A stretch of 64,000 nucleotides of DNA from Balanoglossus misakiensis. Taxonomy: Eukaryota; Animalia; Hemichordata. The stretch is from the NCBI GenBank assembly GCA_040954595.2, contig CM082590.2, forward strand, positions 3,410,001 to 3,474,000, in the 5' to 3' direction. The position numbers were made by a program, and so were the translations under genes. The notes beneath the pieces are model-generated. The model did no database searches. It was not told where the DNA came from and saw only the letters and a program-made list of their open reading frames with translations. Each line of letters opens with the position of its first letter. Position 1 is the first letter of the stretch. Positions 9,912 to 22,200 of this stretch are shown in pieces.

Positions 9912-12900
9912 CTGAAAAAAGAAGGCATCCAATCTAGTACAAGTATCAACGACATTGTGCGACATACATATATGATTCATGAAAGATTTCAATCAATGTC
10001 TGACGTACCATTCTCTGCTGACTGAATAGGATGTAGCCCCTCTTTCTAGATAACTGGAGTAATAATCTTACATTAGGTGCATATGCTATACTCATACATG
10101 GTGATATTGGTAGGTACTGATTGCCTTACAAGCACTGTAACAGATTCATGCTTTTTCATTTATGACTCGTTTTGTCTTTCAGATAAATAACAGACATACC
10201 TAAACAATTACAATTCCTTGGTAACATTTCTCTGTCACTATTGGTAAATAGATAAGCTGGACTAATACTCTAGTATGTAAGCAGTACATATACTATACTC
10301 ATACAAGATTATTGTGGTAGGTCTGAATGTCATACTGCTACTGCGGCAAGTTCAATGTATATCTTTATGTGAAGGGTGTTATGATTAAATTGTCGTTAAG
10401 TATAGATAATCTATCAACAGTACTAATATAAAAAAGGGAATTCACCTTGGTTGTGAGTGACACGCGCAAACAGGAGAGCACCACCAATGTGGTACACAGC
10501 CTTTCCTCAGTGTAGCCATCCTATGGGTTGAAATAAGAGTACATAATATTTGAAATATATTAATATCTAGATCATTTCTTTTGATAATTATGACTATGTT
10601 AAATCTATTAATATTTGCATCTAAGAGGAGAAGCAGATGTAATATCAACAAAAATCTTTGTTCTCAGACTTCAGACTTATCAACCATTTTAGTTACAACT
10701 CATATGCACTGCCCATAAATGTGTTCAGAAAACCGAGCATAAGTGTCTCAAATTTTGCAGAATTCCTTAGAGGTATGTTGACACAAATCCTACACTGCTC
10801 TCATGATTTTCTTTGTGTGAAACTATCAGTATGATCAATTGTGTGAAAAACTCAAACTACTGCGCATTTTAAGCAACTTTTAATGTGAATTCGTAAAATA
10901 AAGATCCAAATAAAAAACCAGATATTAACTGAATATGCTCACGTGCAGTACTGTGATAAGTTGACAGAATAACAAGATTAGAAAAACCAGTGTTAAACCA
11001 ATTTGGTTTATAGTGTATATGGTGTAAGGGTTGTGTGTTGCACCATTGTGAAATGTAAACATGTTTGTGGAATTGTTGCCTTGTCAATTTTTGTAAGGGG
11101 TTATGAGTCATGTACCCCATCCTGAACTGCATAAAAAGATAAGTCTATGGAATTCTAAAACTCGTTGATCAAAAATGGCAAGAAATATACCAAAAAGTAT
11201 GAATATTTCACCAGATTTCAACAAATCTGATTTCTGTTCATGCCTAAGAACCTCTTTAACAAGTTTCAATAAGGAAGACATTTTGGCAAACAACAGGTAA
11301 CTCAGACAAATCTGACTGATATCACATATATGAATTCCCATTGAAAGTTTCCAATCAATTGGACTTGTGGTTTTACTGAAGACTATTTTGCCAAACCCTG
11401 CAGAATTCCCAAAAAATACAATTATGCACATTTCTTTACAATTTGATCATATCTGACTGAGATCACCCCTAGAAACCCAAATACAAAGTATCAAAACAAT
11501 TGCACTTACAGTTTCACGGGATTTGATTTTTTGACAAAAACAGGAAATATTGCCCAAAAATGCATTTTTGCAAATTTCACCACCGTTTGCACAAATGTGA
11601 TTCAGGTAAGCCCTATGAACCTCCATATCAAGTTTCCCATCAATTGGACATGTAATTTCAGAGAAGAAATTTGTTTAACAAAACTGCAGAAAATTCCCCC
11701 AAAAATTCATGAAAAATAGCAAACGCCAGATACTGACTCCACCTGAACAAAATCATACGAGGTCTTCCCATAGTACTTGCACACCAATGCACGCCAATTT
11801 TTAACTGAATCTGATCCGCTGTTATTAAGTTTTCCAATTTTGACTATTTGAACATTTTTCCAGTTAATACCAGTATGCATTTTTTCGCAAAAACAATTTC
11901 TATGTACACACTAAATATCAGTAGTTTCAAGTTTTTGATGTTGATGGACATACACATACATACATCAATACATTTAGACGAAACTGATCCATTCGCAAAA
12001 ATACATAATTCTGTATGAGGCACACATACAGACATACATAGACGACGGACACCAACTTATGCTATCAGCTGACATTGATATACATGTTAGCCAAAAACCA
12101 AAATCAACCTCAAAATAGACATTAAAATATATTGCACCACCATGAGAAGACAAATTCATTCTTCGAAAAATTTTCTGGGGCGTCATTGATATAGCATGGC
12201 ATATTGTCAAAGTACGTAGTCTCTGTGATAAGATTCCATACACACAAAATGGTAACCTTGGAAGTCCAGCTGACGTAGTTATGCAATGGCGTCTCGTGTA
12301 TTCCGTCGCCAAAAAATCATCGTAAAATTGATAATCGGGGTCACAATTCAAGACGACTTTCTCTAAATTCTTTATGAATGGATTAAATCGAAATCGAAAT
12401 GTTGACGTATGACGTACGGAATGAGATCTGAACAGACATTCAATGTTATCATTCTCGCTCGATCACATATTGGGTAGGCCATCTAGCAATCGCTATATAG
12501 TATTGGCGATAACAGACTGTCTATAAATTCACAAAACGGATTTTACTGTTGAGTGTGATCAACCGCCACGTTATTTTTCTCTGAACAATAGACAAATAGA
12601 AAGCCTGGTGACATTTTGAGATTGACTGCGTGAGGACCACAATATGCGTGAATCATTTACGGTTTGTCTTGATGAATGGGTCACGTCATAGTCATAACGC
12701 GGATTCGGCTGCACGCCAACTATCCGCCATATTGTCTCCACTAACTTACTCGTAAGTAGTTTCAAACTTCATTTGAAAAGAGTATTCGTCTGACGGTCCT
12801 GTAGATTAACAATTTACGCTCTATGAAGCAACTAAACAACGTTAGCTTCCTTGTGGATTCACGTAGGGAAGTTATTCGTAACGACGGGTACAGCGTCTGA

Positions 12901-13184
12901 GCATGGACAGAACCACGGCAATATCGCCAGGAATGTCTCATTTCACAGCGCCCTCAAACAGTCGATCTCCTCAAACTATCGTTTCCACTGGTCATATATG
13001 CGGCATTAACGAAAGCTCACATAGACAACCATGTAATAGAAAAATTAAAACTTAAATAACTTCATTAATATCAAAGCCACACCCACCAAAACCTTTTCAG
13101 TTCTTGCCATATGATATCTGAACCTGTGTACTAAATTTGGTGGAAATCGGTTCAGCGGTTCTTGAGATATCGGGTATACAGACA

Positions 13185-13220
<36 letters not shown>

Positions 13221-16200
13221 TACACACACACACACAGACATCGCTAAACCATAAGCTCACGTGATTTTCACGTGAGCTAAAAAGCAGTTATAAATTAATC
13301 AATAATCACATGACGAATCCTGCGTTTGTTTTGAATAGAAACCTGCAGTATCCAGAGTAGGTTTTTGAGCTTTTTTAATTCCATTCAAGTTCCCGGGCCA
13401 GTTCTCCACATAAGAATATTTGTCCTACGAAGCATCATTTACCTAATGTGTATTTATAGAAGCAATTACAAGAATATGTGGTGGTGTTCTGTCTTTGACC
13501 AAGTGTTTCAGTCAAGGGTACAACATCAACACGTATTTAATTCCATTCACGTTCCCGGGCTGTGAAGAAGCTTGAACTCCGATATTAGAATGTCTGTCCT
13601 ACCAAGCATCATTTAATCGTGTGTGTTTAGGCTATTACAAGTATTTGCAGTGATGTTCTGTCTTTGACCAAGTGTTTTGATCAAGGATATAACAATACCA
13701 CCACCATGTCTGGACTAAATAAATACATACCTTTAACCTATCTACCACAAAATCAAGAGCGGTTGTGTCATCCTAAAATATAAGAAGACATATTACAGTG
13801 TTTATCGCTTGTTTTTTTCTTGCAAAAAATGATGTCTGCCAGGCCTACAGAAACCTTCCCCTGGACAGTTTAAAGCCTTCGGTAAGCATGCAATGTTGTT
13901 ATTGATGCGATAAAGACATAAACAATACTTGTAAAGTTTTGTTGTGTAGTGTTGTGGAGTTTTGTTTTGTGTTGTGGTGTTGTGTCGGGTCGGGAGGGGT
14001 TGTGTTCGGTTGTGGCTGTGTGAAAGTTAGCTTAGTCGGTTTATTTTGGTTGGAAGTACAATTTTAGAGTCATGATTCTCAGAAGTCTTGTCAGTGTAAT
14101 TATTTGCTTTATTACACTTCAAGCAGTATTCCTTACTCCTGATTGACCTGTCAGTGTGTGTTGGGTGACTGAGTAAACATAGCCAACTTCTGTATCGATA
14201 ATTCTTAAAGTGGCAATTGTTGTGATTTGCATGCTACAGGTGATCCTTGTAGTTGGGTTATGATTAAAGGGGAAGGTACTATATTGATCTACAATACTTA
14301 AATGAATATTACTGGAATGAGTTGTCATTGTTTTAGGAGCTTGAAGTGATGCAATGAGAAAGGTGCTACCCTGAATGTATGTTAAAAATGGGACACACTT
14401 TGTCATGGTTTTGTTGGCTGCATGTAAAGCATATATCTTTTTCAAAAAATAAATTATCAAGATAAATTTTGTCTTCAAATGTTATTTAGTAAACTAAATC
14501 ATCGTGAGGTGTTATGTTGAAAATGTACATTTCTCGATGGTAAAATTGTACATGATTAAGTCTCAGACTTGCACCCTAATTGGATATTTCTAAAAGTGCC
14601 AACAATGCTTTCACATTAGCTTTGTTCAACGATTAGGAGTTCGTGGGTATGGACGTGGGGATCTCTGATAAATTAAAAGTGAAAGTAAAGAAAACAAATA
14701 ATAATGTACAAAGAAAAGAGATGAATAGTTGCCACACCCAGGAGTGGAACGTATTCCAGACCTTCCCAAAATGAGACAAACTTCCCATAGATATTTGCTT
14801 TAATCCCAGTTCAGGCTTCATACAAACTGTGTCAAGGGCATTTTTGATGCAAGCTTCATACAATTGCTCTCAAACATTACGCACAAACTTGGAACAGTTG
14901 AGAAACTTCAGAAGAGCATGCTGATTTGATTGATAAATAAAGCTTACACGAATACAACTTGCCTCGTTTTGTATGTTGATATCATCCTTGTGTTCCAACA
15001 ATAACCTCACTGTATTCACTCGGTTATTCCTTACAGCATCAAGTAAGGGTGTTTCGCCCTCCTGTCAAAATGAAGACAACGTTTTAATGGCCACATCTAG
15101 AGTCTCTGTTCATGTCTTTGTATCTGTTCTGAGGCATACCTTAATTAATGTACTTGTAGCATAAGTTTTAGATACAAAATGGCAAATTATTTCTGAAATT
15201 TATATGTAAAGCATTTACCAATTTATAAGAAAAATCGTAGATATCACGCATTCTCATTAAAAATGGCAATTTTCTAAAAACCTAAAAAGTATCGGGCTCT
15301 CCAGAGGGCGCTTTAACTCTAGAAACCTTATTTATATCAATGATTTACCGTGGGATAATGTGATGTGTGCGTTCACTTAAATAAAGCATATCTTAGTCGT
15401 AACAGTAAAAGCGACATAATCATAAATGATGAGTATTGCTATAATTTTTTTGCAATTATTATCTTTGCTTTTCACTATCTTAAACATTTTAAAAGTCAGA
15501 AATTGTTAAGGCACTAAATACAAATGTCGTCATACAGCTGGATATAAAAGGTATTTTAGCGAATCTAATTATAATTCTAAATTAGCTGATATTTAAATTA
15601 GGATTTGATGCCGGTTCCGAAAAATTTTACATGATTAAGTCTTGGACTTGCACCCTGATTGGATATTTCTAAAACTGCCAACATTCCTTTCACATTAGCG
15701 CAGTTCGTGGGTATGGACGTGGGAACCTCTGACAAATTAAAAGTTAAAGTAAAGAAACTTACAAGAAATACAAATGTACCAAGAAGAGAGATGAAAAGTA
15801 ACCATGCCTAGGAGTGGAACGTATTCCAGACCTCCCCAAAATAATCGAAGCTTGAGACAAACTTCCCATAGATATTTGCTTCAATCCCAGTTTAGGCTTC
15901 ATGCAAACTGTGTGAAGGGCATCTTTGATTCAAGCTTCATACAATTGCTGTCATAACATTGCTAAAAACTTGCATCAAACGTTTTGTACAAACTTGGAAC
16001 AGGTTAGAAACTTAAAAAGAGCATTCTGATTTGATTGATAATACATGGAGATGACAAAAACACTACTTGCCTTGTTTTGTATGTCGATATCAGCCTTGTA
16101 TTTCACAAGTAACCTCACTATATTCTCACGGTCACCCCTTACTGCACCGTGTAAGGGGTTGTCACCTTTCTGTTAAAATGAAGACTTAATGTTTTAATGG

Positions 16201-19200
16201 CCACATTCAGAATCTGTGTTAATGTCTCTGTATCTGTTCTGATGTTAGATGTTATAAACGGCTAGCCAGGGTATTGTGTTGTGGATATAGGACCTCTCAG
16301 GCGAAAATTAGCATATTTGGCGGGAAATAATCACCGAGCGCAGCGAGGTAATTATTTCACCCAAATATGCTAATTTTCACCTGAGAGGTCTTTCATCCCG
16401 ACGAAATACTCGAGTGCACCGTTTATAACCTCATTATAACATGATTTTGCGTGATATAGATAAACAAATTAATTATTTTAACTCCGTTGTTTAGCTCGGA
16501 ATAAACCATGCCAGTTCCAGGGCCTCATCGCTCACTGTTCCAGAACATGCCAGCTGAGCACGTGCAAACATGTTCTAGAATTTCTTAAGTCGCGCGACTT
16601 TATTCCAGAGCCAGTAAGATTCATAGAGTGTGTTCTATTCAGGCGCGCGCTCTTCTATGACATAACTTCATGACCTCTGCGCGCGATCTGTGCAATATGG
16701 TTGTTATTTTCACTCGTGATAAGGTGTATTCTTCCGAGTATTTTTACGAGCGAAGCGAGTTAAAAAAACTGAAGAATACACCTTATCACGAGTGAAAATA
16801 ACATCCATATTGCACAGATCGCGCGCAGAGGTCATGAAGTTCTGTTATTATTGCATATGTTTCCCCAGATTTGACGAAAATCAAAGTTTCGATCGTGGCG
16901 TATTGATTTTCATTACAGTGATGCGACAAAGGCTATGCAACCCAGAGAAGGCCGCTTATTGGCCAAAATGACGCAACCTTTGTTATGCAAAGAAGGGTAA
17001 TGTGGGGTCATTCCATCAGTGGGTTACCTGAGGTCGTGAGATCGCAGCGATAAATTTTGAAACACTGGTGATAGCGAGAGATTTTCGTAATTTTCGAGGT
17101 TCCAAAACACACTGATAAGTAAATTTTCTGTTATTCTGACGATAGTTGGGAAGGACAATAAAACAACGTGCCAGAATTTTGAAAAATCCGCATGTTTCGG
17201 CGATCATGTTGGCTCATTTCATCGGTGGTTTAGCTCAGGTCGAAAGATAGCATCGGCAATATTTGAGAAACTGGCGATAGCGAGGGATTTTCCGAGGTTC
17301 CCAAACATACTGCCAGTTAAAGGTATACAGTCACCTCCAATTTACATATCGCCATATATAGTTGAAATGGCTTATTTGAGTGTTCTAAAGAACGCTTTAT
17401 TTTCGCGTGTGCCACCCACTGAAAATCTGTGATTGGTTAGATCTCGATTTACCATGGTAACTGTGGCTAAATTTGTATAGGTGACCGTATACCTTTAATG
17501 TTTTGTTATTCTGAAAACATTTGGGAAGGATAAGACAATGACGTCTCCGAATGTTGAAAATTCCCCACGTTTCGGCGATCATACTCCAGCTCTGTGGACG
17601 GCGTTCAATATTTACAAACAAAACGTAGTCCGGCTTGTTTTTACTCATTTGCATATGGGTTGTGAAAAATACCACTTTGTCACGCGCACAACTAAAACAA
17701 CAATCGGCTTTTTTGCGACTGAAATAGAACTTTTGTTATATCCTCCGGAGGTTTATATGAACTCCAAGTGATTGTGTAACAGCACGGGGGATAAACTTTG
17801 AAAGATACGATCGATTGAAGGGGAAATGGGGGATCTTATTCTTCTGGATGCTCATTTGCATATGAGCTTGCAAAAATACCAGAATTATTATTGCACGGGC
17901 CGCTTGGAATACTGTAGTACATATGCAATAATATGTGTTCCATTTCGTTTTTTTTTTTAAATTATTCACTGGTCAGAGTACAGGTCTTCTTGTCGAGAAT
18001 ATAAACCCTGTTTCCAGCCAATCAGCAAGCTGGATTCACTCCAAGGATATTAAATTATTCATTTATTACTGTACTAGTAGCGTGACTTTAATATATACAG
18101 TCACAATTTTTTTTTCTGTAACTTAAAACATTTTCCAATTTTTGTGAAAGGTTGAGTGATCGCGCCTTATCATATATAGCTGCAATTTTCTAAAACCTTA
18201 AATTTGGAGAAAATAATTTCTCAGTTCAGGCTTGAAAAAACTGTGTCACAGGCATCAGGCATCATGAAATTTCTCTCATAACATTGCTAAAAACTTGCAT
18301 CAAATTTTATGTATAATCTCGGAACACTTTAGAAACTTCATCAGAGCATGCTGATTTCATTGATACATAAAGATTACAAAAATACCACTTGCTTTGTTTT
18401 GTATGTTGACATCAGCCTTATATTCCAACAGTAACTTCACTATATTCACATGGTCATTGCTTGCTGCACTGTGCAAAGGAGTGTCACCATACTGTCAAAA
18501 TGAAGATGCAATGTTTTAATTGCCTCATTCAGAATCTGTGTTAATGTCTTTGTATCTGTTGTGATGTATTACTGTAAACTCAGCATGACTTTAATATATA
18601 CAGCGGCAAAATCTTTCTGTAACTTAAAACATTTTAAACAACTTATGTGAACATTTGTAGAGATCGTGCATTTTCATTTAAAGCTGCCATTTTCTAAAAA
18701 CAAACATTTTGAGAAAATAATTTCTCAATACAGTTTTGTGTGTCAAGGGCATCTTTGATTAAAGGTTCATACAATTGCTCTCATAACAGTGCTAAAACTT
18801 GCATCAACCTTTATGTTCAATTTAGGAACAGTTAAGAAACTTCAGAAGAGCATGCTGATTTGATTGATAAATGAAGATACAAACATACTACTTGCCTTGT
18901 TTTGTATGTTGACATCAGCCTTGTATTCCAACAGTAACTTTACTATATTCACACGGTCATACCTTACCACACCATGTAAGGATGTGTCACCTTTCTGTGA
19001 AAATGAAGACAAATTAATTTAATGGCCACATTCAGAATCTGTGTTCATGTCTTTGTATCTGCTCTGAGGCATACCTTAATTGCTGTACTAGTAGCGTGAC
19101 TTTAATATATATAGTGGCAAATTCTTTCTGTAACTTTTTCAATTTATGTGAAAGGTTGAAACTTGGCAAGAGCATGCTGATTTGATTGATAAATAAAGAT

Positions 19201-22200
19201 TACAGAAATACTACTGACCTTGTTTTGTATGTTGACATCAGCCTTGTATTCCAACAGTAACCTCACTATATTCACATGATCATTGCTTGCTGCATCGTGC
19301 AAAGGAGTGTCGCCCTCCTGTCAAAATGAAGACGCAATGTTTTAATGACCACATGCAGAATCTGTGTTAACGTATTGGGCTCTCCAGAGGGGCCGTATCA
19401 CGCGAAACTTAATTATAATTGTACATAATTACAAATGAGCTGATATTTTGATTGTGATTTGTTGTAGTAAAGTGGGGCAGTTAACCAAAAAATCGTGCAA
19501 TTTGGGTTAAAAGCATGAAACTTGGTACACTTATGCATTGACCCATGGCGGACATTTTCCAATATGGATCCAAAAAGACAGCGCCCTCTAGTGGCCAAAA
19601 ACAGACATTCTCACTTAAAAAACGTGCACTTCGGGTTAAAAGCCTGAAACTTGGTACACTTATGCATTGACCCATGGCGGACATTTTCCAATATGGATCC
19701 AAAAAGACAGCGCCCTCTAGTGGCCAAAACAGACATTCATACTTAAAAACTGTGCACTTCGGGTTAAAAGCCTGAAACTTGGTACACTTATGCATTAACC
19801 CATGGCGGCCATTTTATGATATGGATCCAAAGTGACAGCGCCCTCTTGTGGCCAGAAACTGATATTCACACTTTCCCCCCATTAATGGCACTTTTTGGTC
19901 ATTTGTAACACTCAGAAACCGGAATGTGGGTTGTAAAACATGCTTGCTACCATACATTCATGTGTATTTTATCCTAATCCTGATATACATGTATCAGATC
20001 AATCTTGATGACATCTTCCTTCACAGTAACAATGACCACTGCTGTCAGACTAGACCTAAAGCACCTACAGAAACATGTGCATGACTTTTTGCAACCGATT
20101 TCCTGAGGTTGACTCTTTTCTTGGGCTTGACTACGAGTTGTCCAACTTGATTTCCACTGGGATTCTGTTGGTTTGATATAGCTTTGCTAGGTTTCTCAGA
20201 GCACATGTTCTTTAGGAGCTTCCTGTATTCTCGAGAACCCTTGACTTTCTGGAGAAGAGGTGTTGTCTTACCCCTTTGCATGACTTTGTGTATTCAACTG
20301 GTTATGTTATTTCGAAGAACAAATCGTTCAATTAGTAACATACAAGATTGATCTGATACATGTACATCAGGATTAGGAGAATATTCAAAGGAATGTATGG
20401 CAGCAAGCATGTTTTACAACCCACATTCCTGTGTCTGAGTGTTAAACTTGCCCAAAAAGTGTCATTAATGGGGGGGGGGGAAGTGTAATTGTCAGTTTCT
20501 AGCCACTAGAGGGCGCTGTCTTTTGGGATCCAATTGGAAAATGTCCGCCATGGGTCAATGAATAATTGTACCAACTTTCATGCTTTTAACCCAAAGTGCT
20601 CAATTATGCCAAAATTTGGGGTTTAGCTCCTGCACTATTGTTGTGAGTCCTGAAAATGGTTGGATGATATCTTCGATGTGATAAGGGAAAGGAAGACTAT
20701 AACCTGAATGCACAATTCTTCAATAATATGAAACGCATTGAACATGAGTTTCATTTGCAAAGTGGCAGAAATGGCCTTCATTTAATGGTGAAACTAATAA
20801 TAAATCTACAAATTTTCACAGGCAAGTTCCAGTGGTCACATCGACCTGAAAACAAATTTCTAGACAAAGTTTTGAAGGAATGATGACAACTTAAACCCTG
20901 GTGCGGGGTATAAAAGACCCCCCAAATCAGTGGCGAATCTTAATGCCGTTTGACTGACAACAGACAACACCAACGATCTTGGCTCTATGAAAATCGGCCC
21001 AAACAGGTCCAAGAATAAAGAATTACACCACACAACGACAGTAGTTGGCTTTATAAACACACACAACATAAAGTTATCGACGAAAAAGTACACGAGCTTT
21101 TGAAACAACGATGATTTTGGGAGAAATCTGGTTTCAGTGCTGTTCAGAAGCGTCCCTGGGAAACAATAACCACGCCATACAAACAGTTGTCAATCACGTG
21201 GATGTGTAAAGTGTTCAATTATTTTCTGTGTACATGAGAGGAATTACACAGTCACGACGACCACTCCCAAATAAACAACTATACAAACACACGTTAATCC
21301 GAACCCCGGTACTTTCCGCACCGGGGTTTAATGATAATTCCATTACTGAAATAACAAAAATGATTTCATATCGATCGGTAACAATGTGGCCGTCGTATCT
21401 GATGCTTTCCTCGCTTTCAGTCTACGTGTCTAGAGGCTACAGATAACATTTTATCCTCAAATAGCGCCGCCAACGAATATATGTTTTTGAATCCGACAAG
21501 TTCAAAATTTCCAGCAGAATGAAAGAACCCGAAGTTGATACAAGTGCATTTGGAAAATTATGAGTGATCTGCGTGGGTATTTATCGGTTTTTATTCTAGC
21601 AATACCCTTGTAGCAATAAAATATTTGACGACAATGTGGCGATCCAAATCGCAAAGGTTTTCGTTTTATACATAAGTATGCCCTGACATGATATGACTCT
21701 GTGGAGATATATATGGCGAGTGTTTTGTTTCCAGATCTAATATCACTTGACTATAAAGCAACAATGTCAGCGTAACCTACACGGCAGCCACAATTAACCC
21801 AATAACACACTACTAATCATAATCTCTGCAGTCCTTCACTTTTACTCTTGTGTTGGGAGAAGCAACTAGAAGGAAATCTCCTTGCTCAAGAACACGAACA
21901 CAACTACTGTGGAAAGGTTTGGACCCGTGATTCCATGATTGGAGAGCCCAATCTCAAGCTGCAGTGGGTCCTCTGCCATTACTAAAGTTACATGAGCAAT
22001 ATTGCGCTTAACATCTGTGTCGTTATCAAAGTAGGAAGGAATTTCGTTTCGTTCACGTGTTATGGAGGTGTCAGCTTTAACATGGATGATGTTGTCCCTG
22101 GAATAGGATTTCGATGACTCTGAAACAATGTCAGCGTACTTACGTCGAATAACATTAAGGCTGATAAAAACAACAACAGCATCCGGGATAAATTTCATCC

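Noticed and set aside
6751-9937. Plus-strand and alternate-frame ORFs overlapping the ROCO exon
   Set aside because: Antisense shadows of a long coding exon with no recognisable domains.
9912-9992. Track ORF N-terminus MKSFMNHICM...FFFQ as a real start
   Set aside because: It starts at a non-ATG codon and ends in a polypyrimidine tract plus CAG acceptor; it is intron read in frame.
12280-13010. CpG-richer patch that could be an internal promoter
   Set aside because: No associated exon or clear motif set; could equally be a transposon remnant.
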